Origin: Chiloscyllium plagiosum
Taxonomy: Eukaryota
Direction: 5' to 3'
DNA length: 64,000 nucleotides
NCBI RefSeq assembly: GCF_004010195.1
Contig: NC_057717.1
Coordinates: 99,903,633 to 99,967,632 of the forward strand
How positions within the stretch are numbered: position 1 is the first letter of the stretch; every line of letters begins with the position of its first letter. Both the position numbers and the translations under genes were made by a program. This document shows positions 52,207-64,000 of the stretch, in pieces. The notes beneath the pieces are model-generated. The model saw only the letters and a program-made list of their open reading frames with translations. It was not told the DNA's origin and did no database searches.

Positions 52207-52344
52207 GATATTAAAGGCTTTTGCCCGAAACGTCGATTTTACTGCTCCTCGATGCTGCCTGAACTGCTGTGCTCTTGCAGCACCACTAATCCAGAATCTG
52301 GTTTCCAGCATCTGCAGTCATTGTTTTTACCCGATATTAAAGGC
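52207..52344 (+). mobile_element. 5'-truncated PLE-derived insertion with 12-bp TSD next to a GCDH donor
   Basis: TSD gatattaaaggc at 52207-52218 and 52333-52344. Begins within hammerhead stem II (ggcttttgcccgaaacgtcg). Confidence 0.8.
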
Positions 52345-52352
52345 CCGACTAC

Positions 52353-52452
52353 CTTTGAAGGCTTTCGCCGTCCCCTGTGTCCTCAAGGAGCTGACGACGG
52401 CCGTGCGCCTGGCGGTGCCCAAGAAGCTCCGAGCCGCTTGTCTCAGGGCCAT
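52353..52452 (-). CDS. GCDH: GCDH first coding exon (mitochondrial targeting peptide)
   Basis: MALRQAARSFLGTARRTAVVSSLRTQGTAKAFK, Arg/Ala/Ser-rich with no acidic residues. Acceptor at 52461/52460, phase-1 donor AAAG|GTAGTC. Total CDS 1329 nt. Confidence 0.88.
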
Positions 52453-52638
52453 ACTCAGATCTGTCAGGAGGCGGCCGGAACAGGTCAAGTGTAACGCTAT
52501 CGTCTAGATTATTTCCCCCACTCCCTAAGCACGTCCACAGGTCACAGCCCTCCGAGAAATAACTGCACAAAACAGTTATAAAGCATGTCTTTTTAAAACC
52601 GTGACCAGACTTCCCCTCGACAGGGAAAAGGGAATCAC

Positions 52639-52870
52639 CTGGAGGTTGTGTAACAATCTGAAACTGACACAAAACTCGCTACACTGCGTTCCACTGAGGC
52701 TGACGTCACAATGAGTTGACTGGCAACCCCTGTAACCAATCGCTGTACGAATGTTCCAAACAGCCCCGCCTGACACAGAGAAGGACGGCGAAAGTGAGGC
52801 CCGGATAGGGTCAGCGACAAAGGCGTGAGATCAATCCCCGAAAATTATTTTCCTGCTGATTGGGGAAGGG
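52639..52870 (-). promoter_or_regulatory. GCDH: GCDH CpG-rich promoter and putative non-coding exon 1
   Basis: Donor CCAG|GTGATT at 52639, perfect CRE TGACGTCA at 52701-52708, CCAAT boxes at 52736-52740 and about 52859-52863, GC box at about 52764-52770. Confidence 0.65.
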
Positions 52871-53009
52871 AATTTGAACCTTTTCTTTCGGACAGGACAG
52901 CGGCTCTTCGAAGGATGGCATGCTTGTTCCCTTAACAACTCGTGGTTCTGCTGTTTGGAAGTCCCGAGGTTCACCGCAGGGAGGCGGATTATCAAACAAA
53001 ATTTGACAC

Positions 53010-53290
53010 CAAGCCACGAGACAGAAATTGCTGGAAGAATTCGTCCGGTCCCGCAGCATTTCTGAAACTCGAAATTTTCGCTCTGTTTTCTCTCTTCACA
53101 GATGCTGCCACACCTGACGAGTTTCTCCAACAGTTTCTATTCTTGTGTGTTCCAGATCTCCAGCAACTTTGTTTTATTTTCACAGCAGAGCTCTGAGGAA
53201 GAATCACGCCGGACTCGAAACGTTAACTGTTCTTCTCTCCACGGATGCTGCCAGACCTGCTGAGTTTCTCCAGCGTTCTCTGTATTTTGC
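53010..53290 (+). mobile_element. Tandem PLE-derived terminal repeats with hammerhead core
   Basis: Two copies of the gatgctgcca..cctg..gagtttctcc tail. Core CTGAGGA-AGAATCACGCCGGACTC-GAAACGTT at 53193-53224. Confidence 0.6.
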
Positions 53291-54829
53291 CTTTATTCAC
53301 TTATGAATTGTCTACTTCTCTTCTGGGGTTTATGGTCATAGGGAATAGAATCGTTACAGCGCAGAAAGTAGCCGCTGGACCCTTTGTGCTGATTAAGAAA
53401 CAATTCATGTACTGCCGCTACTCATCACTCCTCTTAAAATAGATATTTTCAGTAACCTGTTCAGGGATGTTCGGGCGCTCCTCTAGAGCAGCAAAGAGTT
53501 GAACCCACTAATTCACTGCTAGCATTATACCTCTCGACTAACAAGCAGGCAAAAGGAGCTGATTGGTCTCAACATCGAGTTGTTTCATTAAAAATTTGCA
53601 AAGCACAATTTTATTTCAAAAATGCAGTTACACGAATTCGTTAGACGGTGATAGCCGAGAAATGCTCACTTTAGTTTTACAGGTGGAGAGTGGGAGCTGG
53701 CCTTGAGCACGTTTAACATCTCCTGAGACTTACTCGTCTGTCGGTGAAGGTGGATGGGTGACTGTCTCATCATTCTCACACACCGAGTTCTGATGCACAA
53801 ACTGGTTCATGGATTTGTCTTGCTGCACTTGGGCTGAGAATGAATCTGGGAGTATCTCTGAGTTGGGGAAATAACATTTTGGAATTTGGAATTCACTGTA
53901 ACTTAATCTGTACCAAAATGTTGAGTGTTATAGATACTTTTTGTTCATCTTGTTCGGAGATTGACAGTGGCAGACACTATAAACGTCGTCTTCAATCCAT
54001 AAAAATTGTCCCCTATGATATATACGAGTAATTCTATACAAATTAATATGTCCATCACTTGTTCATTTGTTCCATTGGGTCTCGGGCATCCCTTCAGACC
54101 ATTTTAGAAAATAACAGGTTGTACTGCAATGGGCCGTTTCCTTGACATTGAGGAGAGACAAAAACTTACAGATCTTTCCTCCTCCTGAATGGTTGTTTTT
54201 AAGTGTGCAAGGGGCTTTGGAAAGTCTTTATTACTCAAGTGAGTGTAACAGACTGAAACAATGTCTCTCAGTCCTGCAGACCCTGTCCCAAACTCTGACA
54301 GGGGGAGGGAAAATTGCTGCATACTCCTCCATTGCCCCCTGCCGTGCTCCAAAGTAATAGATGTGTGTGCGCGCGCCTATGTGAGAGTGTGTATGCATGA
54401 AAATATTGTGCTTCTATCCATATGAATCATTTACATGTGGTCACTTAGGTCCAGTACTGAGGAGAAACTGATGCTTAACGAGCCGTATCCCAGCAAACAG
54501 GTTAGCGGAAACATCGAATTATGTGCATCCCTCTTTAAATACAAAATGTTAAGAAAAAGCAAAACGTGCCAGTCATTTCCTGCTGGTTATTTCCTGCTGG
54601 GTTCAGAGAAATTCTTGTGGTGGCAGTCAATCCACTCAGTCTCCTTTTATCCTGGAAATGTATCCTATAGCCTAATCATCTTCCAAAATGTCTATTTCTA
54701 GCAGTCTGATACTGTGGCGAAAAGAAGGTTCCCCCCAAATTGCACTTAAGGCACCCTTTAAGCTTTAGAATGTTGCATTGTGTTAACTAATACAACATTC
54801 CTCTCACTATAGGTTTGGGTTGAGCTGTA

Positions 54830-55090
54830 GTTCAGTTGGTTGTGTTCAGGTCCCACACTTGGGACTGAGGGAAGTGCTGCACTGTCCAAGGTGCCACCTT
54901 TGAGAAGAAATCTTAAAACAAGAGCCCCCAACTGGTCTCTCAGCTCGATGTAAAGGATCCCTGTTTTTGAAGAACTGCTGGGGAGTGCTCTCAGGACCCT
55001 TGTCGAGTAGTTACTCTTCAATTTATATAACTACAAAAACTGACAATGTGATTGTTACTGCATTGCTGTTTGTGGGAGCTTGCTGCTTGT
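54830..55090 (+). mobile_element. Deu-domain SINE (SacSINE1/AmnSINE-like) remnant
   Basis: actgagggaagtgctgcactgtc...gatgtaaaggatccc...cattgctgtttgtgggagcttgctg resembles the Deu core. Related remnants at about 35420-35660 and 36080-36180 on -. Confidence 0.55.
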
Positions 55091-56739
55091 AGAATTTCCT
55101 GTGTTATCATTACATCCTTTTCTAATGAGGTGACCAGAGCAGTGAAAAGTGCATAGTGCTCAGACTGAGGCCTAATTAATGATTTATGGAGTGTCAACAT
55201 AACACCCTTGTTCTTATATTCTATATTTCGGCTAAAACTATATGCCTTTCTAACCACTATATCAACCCGTCATGCTACTTTCAGGGATCTGTGGTGATTC
55301 ACTTCAAGATTCCTAACTTCCTCCTCAACTATCTGTATTCTGTATCTAATTGTGTATGCTTTTGCCTTGTTTAACTTCCCCAAATGCAGCACCATACAGT
55401 TCTCCAAGTTGGATTCCATTTGTCACCTCTCTACCGACCTGACCAATCCAATGAAATTTTTTTAAACCTTTTATTAGTTCGTGGGATATGGGTGTCACTG
55501 GCTGCACCACTAATTATTGCCTGTCTCTAGTTACCCTTGAGAAAGTGGCGGTGAGCTGCGTTCTTGAACTGCCAGTCTGTTTGCTGTAGGTTGACCCACA
55601 ATGCTGTTAGGGAGGGAATTCCAGGGTTTTGAGCTAGTGACAGTAAGGAAATGGCGATATATTTCCAAGTCAAGATGGTGAGTGGTTTGGAGGGGAATTT
55701 GCAGCTGGTGGTGTTCCCATGTATCTGCTCTACTTCCTACAGTCCACAGCTATCTTCCTCACTATCAACCTCATGTTTTGTGTGTCATCTGCAAACTTCT
55801 GGATCATGCTGTGTTATATTTACTTCCAAATCCACCACACAAAAAAATGGGGGCTGGTACTGAACACTGTGGAACCCCACTGGAAACAGCCTCCCAGTGG
55901 CAAAAACACCCACCAACCATTACTGTTTTCTCCTAACACCCAAGCCTGCTCTGTATCCAGCTTCTGCGTTCCCCTCTGTTCTTTTGTCTGCCGCAAAGGA
56001 CATTGTCAAAAAACCCAATCATTATTGAAATATATTTTTTCGAGAGCCTGCAGTTTGTAGGCTTCAGGCTATTGACTAAGATGCAATTCTTTGGGCAAAG
56101 GTGAACAGGATATTACAAAGATCATCCTTTGCAAGATTTTGGAATTCCTGTTGACCGTTCATAAAGAAGTTTCAGATACTTTATTAAGAAGCATCAGTTT
56201 AGACATGATCCATTAGTTGATTCGACACAAATAAGTATAGGAGCCATGACAAGTGAAGTTGCTTCACTGGTAACAGATAGGGGTCCAGTCAGTTGGCATG
56301 GAATGCGTTGTTTTTATAAAGTTGTGAAGAAATCACCCTCCAGCCAGTGTTAGGGAACCCACACCTGGAACTTAGCTCCTCTTTTGGTCCGTCATCCCCC
56401 TGAAGAAGATCATGCTTAGTAAACACTCCTCCCCTCCCGCCCCCGGATGAGGGCATTGCTGGCTAGGCCTGCATTTACTGCCCATCCCAGAAGACATTTA
56501 AGAGTCAGCCACGTTGCTGTGGGTCTGGAATCACATGTAGGCCAGACCAGGTAAGGGAGGCGATTTCCTTCCCTCAATGGCATTAGTGAACCAGATAGGT
56601 ATTTCTGACAATCAATTCATGGTCATTAATTTTCTTTGAGATCAGAGTTTTAAAAAGTTGAATTCAAATTCCACCATTTGTCGAGCTGGGTTTCATACCC
56701 AGGTCCCCAGAATATTACCTGGGTCTCTGGATAAACAAC

Positions 56740-56890
56740 AATTCACCTAACCTGCACATCTTTGTGTTTGTGGGAGGAAACCCACGCAGACACGGGGAGA
56801 ATGTGCAAACTTCACACAGACAATTGCCTGAGGCGGGAATTGAACCCAGGTCTCTGGCGCTGTGAGGCAGCAGTATTAACCACTGTGCCA
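56740..56890 (-). mobile_element. HE1-like SINE 5' half
   Basis: Reverse complement of the tRNA-derived head. Confidence 0.75.
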
Positions 56891-57098
56891 GATATATTTG
56901 GATGTGTAGAGGCTCAAAGTTGTCCAAGCTAAGTTCACTAAAATGTTCAAACTTGGCTCAAGAAAAATAGGAAAAAGAAGGCCCAATTTTCTACCCCTCT
57001 ATGGACTCAGTTCAGTGGTGCTACAGAGGAATTCAAGACAGAAATTCCTGGCATCGATGCTCCTTTAAGAAATGTTACACCATGTGCATTTTCAATTG

Positions 57099-57493
57099 TC
57101 ACCAGCCTTCTAGAGCTTTCTTGTTAGTAATGGCACCTGTTGCAGATTCATTGCTTGCCCAGGTTTCTGGTGTTGCTGAACCGTGTGCTATCCCTGACCT
57201 CAGTGGAGCTGGTGAAGTGACGGGCACTGACAACGTCCAGGCCTGCTTGTCCAGTGACCGGAGCAGCTGTTCCATTTCCGGGCACAAAGCGTGAAGCTCC
57301 CACATGACAATGTCAGACACAGCCTGACACATCATGGCAACCTCTTTCAGCAGGTTGCAGCCACTGACGCTGTTTCTGACATTGACCATCCGGATCCTGG
57401 TAAGAGCGATCTCTGACAGGTTATGGGGTGCCGGGCAGCTTTGGCTTTTGAGTGTAACTTGTAGCAGTGTCTGATACCTCAGCAGTGCCTCCT
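57099..57493 (-). CDS. Putative terminal coding exon of an unidentified gene
   Basis: Acceptor ttcattacAG|, phase 1, open to the stop at 57099 (EEALLRYQTLLQVTLKSQSCPAPHNLSEIALTRIRMVNVRNSVSGCNLLKEVAMMCQAVSDIVMWELHALCPEMEQLL...). Not recognisably repeat-derived. Confidence 0.55.
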
Positions 57494-57684
57494 CTGTAAT
57501 GAAAAAGAACCAAGGCTTCAGCAAAGGACAGAAATTGCTTTTGCTTTTCCTCAGTCTTTACAGACCCCGACAGCTAACCTGCAATTGTGCTTTGGCTTAA
57601 ATTTTAGCAGCTGAATATGGATCAACAACAGTTGAAAGTCAAGAAAAAAATACTCTTCACACTAATATTCTTTAATCAAAGTTT

Positions 57685-58038
57685 GGGCAGCATGGTGGCT
57701 CAGTGGTTAGCACTGCTGCCTCAGAGTTCCAAGAACCCAGGTTCGATTCCAGCCTCGGGCGACTGTCTGTGTGGAGTTTACACATTCTCCATGTGTTTGC
57801 GTGGGTTCCCTCTGGGTGCTCCAGCTTCCTCCCATAATCCAAAGATGTGCAGGTTAGGTGAATTGGTCATGCTAAATTGCCTATAGTGTTCAGAAATGTG
57901 TAGGTTAGGGGCATTAGTCAGGGGTAAAGGTAGTGTAGTAGGGGAGTAGGGGAATGGGTCTGGGTGGGTTACTCTTTGGAGGGTCGGTGTGGACTTGTTG
58001 GGCTGAAGGGCCTGTTTCCACACTGTAGGGATTCAATG
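57685..58038 (+). mobile_element. HE1-like SINE
   Basis: GGGCAGCATGGTGGCTCAGTGGTTAGCACTGCTGCC...ggcctgtttccacactgtaggg. Confidence 0.85.
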
Positions 58039-58499
58039 AAAGTAAGGTTATGGGGTGATAGTCAAATCCTGTCAGAGATTCAGTAGGATGGGCCTATATC
58101 TCCTGGAGATTATAAGGCCAAGGTGTGATCTTAGGATCAAATTACAGCAGATGCTGGAATCTGTACTGAAAACAAAAAAACACTGGAGATCATAGCGGCT
58201 CAGGCAGCATCCATGGAGAGAGAGAGAGCAAGCTAATATTTCAATGACTCTTCATTAAGATGTAATATTTCAAGTGTACATTGAAGTGTGTAATATTTCT
58301 GAAGGGCTTGACAGGGTAAATGCTAAGAGATGTTTCCCTGGTTGGACAGAATAGGGCGCATACTCTCAAGGGAAGGGGATCACCAGTCAGGTCGAAGATA
58401 AGAAATCTTTCAATCAGAGATCTATGAATTTTTGGAATTCTAGTGCATTGAGTGTAGAGGTTAGGAGGTCATATTGCAGCTGTACAGGAAATTGGTTAG

Positions 58500-58630
58500 G
58501 CCCCTCCCAGCCTCATTCCTGATGACGGGCTCCTGCCCGAAACATCAATTTTCCTGCTCCTTAGATGCTGCCTGGCCTGCTGTGCTTTTCCAGCACCACT
58601 CCAGCATCTACAGTCCTCACTTTTGCCTAG
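58500..58630 (+). mobile_element. PLE-derived insertion with hammerhead core inside a CR1 fragment
   Basis: CTGATGA-CGGGC TCCT GCCC-GAAACATC at 58519-58546. Confidence 0.7.
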
Positions 58631-59674
58631 TTGATTATAACATTTAAAAGGCATCTGGATGGACATATGAATAGGAATAATTTAGAGGGATATGGGCCAA
58701 GTACTGGCAAATGGGACTAAATTAATTTAGGATATCTGGTTGGCTGGTTGGCCTGGATGAGTTGGACCGAATGGTCTGTTTCCGTGCTGTATATCTCTAT
58801 GATTCTCTGTACCTCAAATGTAGGCAATTAATCATTGCATATTTATAAGGTGGAGGTTTTGACATTAAGAGATATAGAAACAGGGTGGAAATGTGAAGTT
58901 AATTTAAAAATAAGCTTACACATAGTAGAGAAGACTTGAGTTTTATATTTCCTTTCCTCAATTTCAAGATATGTGGAACTAGGGGTGATACAGTAGAGGA
59001 AAAGAAATAGCATTTTGTAAGAGTGTGACATATATCTGTTTTAAAATTTGTGAATGTAAGGATTGTTAATAATACAAAGTATTTCCTTTTCAAAAGAAAG
59101 CAGACATGAGAAACTGGCTGTGCCACATGGTGTATTGCAGTGTACAATAACTCAGGAAAGCTGACTGCAAAGAAACACCAAATATTCACGACAATTACTG
59201 TTGAACACAAGCATAGAGCCACTACTAGTGATGGACATGGGCTAGCCTCAGCCTGGGGCAGAGTTATATTGTTGAATCAACCTGTTCAGAGATGTTAGTC
59301 CACACCTTTGAAGCAGGTGGGACCTGAATCCAAGCCTCCTAGTTCAGAGGAAGGGACACTACAAGTGCACCACAACAGCCCCCAGCTCTACTGTATTGTT
59401 ATTTTCTTTACCTTTTATTTTATCCAGAAATGTCATCATACACAATTGAATGTTTATTTTTCCCCGGCATCAAATCACCCTGGTACTTTCTTCAGTCTAG
59501 TAACCATCACCAGTGAATCACCCATGTTTCCAACCCAATAATTTACATGCAAAGCTCATTAAGGCCAAAGATGAGGGGGAGAGCAGAGTAGGGAGAGATG
59601 GAAGGAACTAAATCAAAATATAGTCAGAGGGGGAAATAAGGCACTGTATCTCCTGTCACTCCCACCTCTCTCTA

Positions 59675-59900
59675 ATAGCATGGAGAGTATTGATGGTTAC
59701 TGCATGCTCTCTTCCCAATGACACCTGGGCACAAATGTGACTCTGTAAGAGAGGCAGGCGGAGATGGCAGAGATGACCCCTGCCACATGGACTTGTTTAT
59801 AATGAACCTGGCCAGGTCTAGGAGCAGACCCACGAGGAGGTCCTCCGAGCTGCCCACCCCTCTCCGCACCAGCTGCCCAAAGAACAGCATTGGTCTGCTT
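59675..59900 (-). mobile_element. Tx1/L1-like LINE C-terminal fragment
   Basis: PMLFFGQLVRRGVGSSEDLLVGLLLDLARFIINKS resembles the Tx1-type ORF2 C-terminus. Confidence 0.5.
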
Positions 59901-60937
59901 CCATTTTTTTTCTTTTTATTCAACTCAGAAGTGTTGTCACACACAACTGAGTGACTTTCCCATCACCGAAGTCCCTGTGACCTTTTTTTTGTGTTTTCTT
60001 TAAACAACTAACCACCAGCAGTTAAAACAGTTGTGTAGCTGCCTCCATATTTAAATGCAAAGCCCATTATGAGTATGGCAAATCATGAGTCTGCTTTACA
60101 AAGGGCGTAGGTGGTGAGTTCCAGGTGGAAGGCCATTGCCTGTTACCAAGGGGTCACATTCTCAATGAGCCTCATAAGGAGATTAATTAGTGATTTCCTC
60201 ATGGGCTTAACCATCAACATTATTTAAATAGATTTCCTGCTTGTGGGACCTCCATCTGTGCTGAGAAGCTGCTGTGATTTCTTCTTTGCAGCATTAGTAC
60301 ATTTGCAAAGAAACGCACTGAGGAAAGGTACTATATAAATGTAAACCATTCCATTAAAGTCGATGATAAGTAAATGGGGTTACTCTCGTGCTTATCTTGC
60401 TGATCAGGATATCAGGACTGAGAGAGTGGGTTTGCAAAGTAGGTCAACTCTCAGCCCTCCTGGTCAGGGTTACAATTAGGAATTATTTATTGCTACGTAT
60501 ATCTTGAAGGATACAGAGAAAAGTGCCACAATCCGGCGCCATTTTGAGTTTCAGAGTAGAAAATGACATGAAAAAAGTTCATCTTCTGTACGAGAAGTCT
60601 TCAAACACAGCTCCTGGGCTTCTGCAAGGTCTCTGCAAGGTACCCTGGGCCTGAAGGAGTCCCTGTGCTTCAGGGCTACCACAGCCAGGCGTCTCAGCTC
60701 TGGGCACTACCTCCCCCACAGCTGACGATCCGCCGAGTCAACCCCTCAGCTTCCTCATAATGTCAGAAGATGAAGAAAAGTAAAAAGAGAAAGCAAAAGG
60801 CAAGAGAAGAGAAGGATGCGGCTTGTCTGGAGTGGACGGGCTCAGGAGGCCGAACACTGCTTAAAGTGTCAACATTGCCATCTTGGAGAAAAAGCAGGGT
60901 GCAGACAACACATTAACAGAATGAGGAAAATACCTAC

Positions 60938-61025
60938 CTGAAAGGTTGGGCTGTGAGGAATTGAGCATGTCAGCAGACACCTTCCTTGATTTAATGCCAT
61001 TCCTTGCTTCAAGTGATAGGAGTTC
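60938..61025 (-). CDS. Putative internal exon (88 nt) of the unidentified gene
   Basis: ttttattttacgttcAG|, ELLSLEARNGIKSRKVSADMLNSSQPNLS, G|GTAGGT. Phase 0-1, splices in frame to 57493. Confidence 0.55.
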
Positions 61026-61172
61026 CTGAACGTAAAATAAAAATCCTGTTAATCAGACAACTCATCTCTCAATGGAATTCAAAATAGAATTGCTGACTCA
61101 TATGGCATTCCCATCTTCACTAAATATTTGCTTCAACATTTGTCAGTAAGTACCACAATTAACACAAATAAA

Positions 61173-61507
61173 TAGAGTCATAGAGATGTACAGCATGGAA
61201 ACAGACCCTTCGGTCCAACCCGTCCATGCCAACCAGATATCCTAACCCAATCTAGTCCCACCTGCCAGCACTCGGCCCATATCCCTCCAAACCCTTCATA
61301 TTCATATACCCATCTAAATGCCTCTTAAATGTTGCAATTGATTGAGCCTCCATCACTTCCTCTGGCAGCTCATTCCATACATGTACCAACCTCTGTATAT
61401 CTTTCCCCTCTCACCCTAACCCTATGCTCTCTAGTTCTGGAGTCCCTATCCCAGGGAAAAGACTTTATCTATTTATCCTATTAATCCCCCTCATGATTTT
61501 ATAAACT
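61173..61507 (-). mobile_element. CR1 LINE 3' fragment
   Basis: (GACTCTAT) tail and typical CR1 3' sequence. Confidence 0.85.
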
Positions 61508-61794
61508 TGTCCTGCAAAGTATCCCATGGAACTATTTGATGATGAACTCTCCTACGACTTTACTGTTGACAAAACATTACCTTTAAGCCAAGTTTATTTT
61601 GTGTGATACTTTATCACAATTTATTACTTTGCTTTATTAAAAACATTATTGTTCCAAACTTGATTTGAAGATTCTGAACTTTCATCTGACCCTCTTTGGT
61701 CACCATTTTTAACCAGGAGGACACTCAGTTTTACATGAGGAACAAATAGTTCCCTGCCCGCAGAGATTTTACAATGATCATGTCTAGACTTTCG

Positions 61795-62200
61795 AGAGTC
61801 ATAGAGTGACTCAGCATGGAAACAGACCCTTCGGTCCATCCAGTCCATGTTGAACATAATCTCAAACTAAACTAGTCTCACCTGCCTGCTCCTGGCCCAC
61901 ATACCTCCAAAACCTTCCTATTCATGAACTTATCTCAGTGCCTTTAAAATGTTGTAACTCTGCCCACATCCACCACTTACTCAGGAAGGCCATTCCACAC
62001 AGTGTAAATAATTTGCACCTTATGCCTTTTTAAAATCTCTCTCCTCTCACCTTAAAAACATGCCCCCTAGTCTTGAAATCCCCCATCCAAGGGAAAAGGC
62101 ACTTATCTTATCTGGGCCCTTCATGATTTTATAAACCTCTATCAGGTGACCTCTCAATCTCCTTCATTCCAGTGAAAAAATGTCCCAGCCTATCTAGCCT
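61795..62200 (-). mobile_element. CR1 LINE 3' fragment
   Basis: gagtcatagag...atggaaacagacccttcggtcc tail. Confidence 0.85.
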
Positions 62201-63149
62201 TTCTAGGATCCAGGCTCAGTCTGGTATATCTGAGAGTATCTTTTGGAACTAAGCACAAACTTGGGCTGCGATCTGAAGGTTAATTACCCAACAGCAATTT
62301 GCAATGATTGATTGGTGCCCTGCTGAGCCCTAAAGAACAGGAAGCCGAGGCACATTGATCAAAGTCCCCCTGTAGATTTGGAAGATCTGAGACTCAACCC
62401 TGATGTGTACTGGCTCACTCTGTACGTGCTGATCTCAGGATACTCCAGTCGGCCTTCTGCCTGTGGGCTGGGGAGTTGGAAGGTTGATCCAGGATTCCCG
62501 TTGCCAGGCAGAGTCCAGTTAATTTTGCAGGAAGTGTGTGAATAACCACGGGGATGGTCAGTTTTACATGAACCAAATGTCCAGAGCACACCGTTCACAC
62601 TTACACTTGCTAGGGTACCTCATAAGCAGGGGCTGAAGAGCTAAAATTGTTGATGATATTCGATAGCAGTATGAGTCTGGTGAACATTCCTGTATGTGCG
62701 GCAGAATCTGTGCTTGTTTTTTCTGTACTTGTGTTTGTTACACTGTGTAAGGCCAAGGGTTTTATCCCAAATTGTTGGAGTTCACCTCGTCCCGGGATCG
62801 CGAACGGTGTCTGGAACAAACCTCAGCCTCCAGACCAACCGTCAATCGAGGGGTCCCTGACATGCAGGAGGGTTTGAGGCTCATTGCTTTCTTTTCCTTC
62901 CTTTCTCACCTTCATTTATTACTTAATAAATGTTCACAGTTCATTGTTTCATTTTTCCTTCCTTTATTATATTCAATAAACGTTCATATTTAAGCAAATT
63001 GCTGTTGTTGTAACTGCATTTAACTGAATCCGACAGGAACTACTTGGATACATCCTGTGATCCAAGGCAGTACGTTTGTCTTCAGCTCAGTCTGGTGGGT
63101 CTGGTTAATAGAGGTCGGATGCTGCCCTGGTGGAGGAGGCCTGTTGATA

Positions 63150-63500
63150 CTAGAACATAGAACAGTACAGCACAGGCCCTTCGGCCCCTGATGTTATGCC
63201 AGCCTTTTATCCTACTCTAAGATCGCAATAACCTACATACCCTTCATTGTACTATCTTCCATGTGCCTACCCAAGAGTTGCTTAAATGTCCCTAACGTAT
63301 CTGAATCTCCTTCCACGGCTGGCAGTGCATTCCACACACCCACCACTCTCTGTGTAACGAACCTACCTGACATGTTCCCTAAACCTTCCTCCAATTACCT
63401 TAAAGTTATGCCCCCTCATGATAGACATTTCCGCCCTGGGAAATGGTCTCTGGCTATCCACTCCAACTATGCCTCTCAACATCTTGTACACCTCTATCAA
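63150..63500 (-). mobile_element. CR1 LINE 3' fragment
   Basis: tagaacatagaacagtacagcacaggcccttcggccc tail. Confidence 0.85.
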
Positions 63501-63694
63501 TTATACAGAATGACTACTTGGTTTTGGCACAACACGCTCCAGTATCACAATCACAGTCATCTTCAGGAAACTGGGCAAACCAATCGAAAAGAATTAACTC
63601 ATTTGTCAAATGTAAGATTATACGCTTGTCAATGCCTTTGGATCTCCCTTGCACAAAAAGAAAGGTTGCTTCTCAGGGAGGGAACAAGGCTGAC

Positions 63695-63815
63695 CTGAAT
63701 GGTTTCGTTGAGTCTATTGAGATGCTGAAGTTGAGCTGCTACACTGTGCATCATACGCCAGCATGCTGGGATAGTGTCCAAGCGCTGAGCAATCAGACCC
63801 TTCACCGCTGCTAAC
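63695..63815 (-). CDS. Putative internal exon (121 nt) of the unidentified gene
   Basis: ttgcttAG|G, LAAVKGLIAQRLDTIPACWRMMHSVAAQLQHLNRLNETIQ|GTCAGC. Phase-0 end is compatible with the exon starting at 61025. Confidence 0.45.
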
Positions 63816-64000
63816 CTAAGCAAACAAAAAAGTTTATTATTGACCTGCACAGGTACAGTAACAGAGAATTAAATCCTATAAAAATGTGTGTGGAAGTTTC
63901 AGAAATGGACTGATAGTATTGAGTAACAACATTTCAATACATTGGCCAACATGGACTGAAATGGAGAGAGACCCTGGTAAAATCTCCAGTCTAAGGAGAA

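Noticed and set aside
60530-60890. GC-richer patch with two AAxATGGC (YY1-like) motifs as a possible promoter
   Set aside because: More likely the 5' remnant of a retroelement within an intron; it could not be assigned.

Overview
Eukaryotic genomic DNA, most likely a cartilaginous fish (shark): it carries HE1-type tRNA SINEs, Deu-domain SINEs and dense CR1 LINE fragments. It has three assembly gaps. Two complete genes could be reconstructed by hand from GT-AG sites and reading phase. SYCE2 is on the + strand (putative non-coding exon ending at 11119; coding exons 13454-13563, 17174-17393 and 20356-20550; 174 aa). GCDH is convergent on the - strand (11 coding exons, 52452 to 25791; 442 aa). 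The last exons of a third, unidentified - strand gene lie at about 57.1-63.8 kb. The second GCDH intron holds a 5'-truncated class-I endogenous retrovirus (integrase, env, PPT, LTR) flanked by an unusual ~84-bp direct duplication. The most striking non-genic signal is about 20 dispersed Penelope-like (PLE) insertions and remnants, from at least three sequence families. They carry or derive from minimal hammerhead-ribozyme cores (CUGAnGA-stem-GAAA), are often arranged as inverted repeats, and several are bounded by 12-13-bp target-site duplications (TSDs). All calls come from manual reading; no searches were run.
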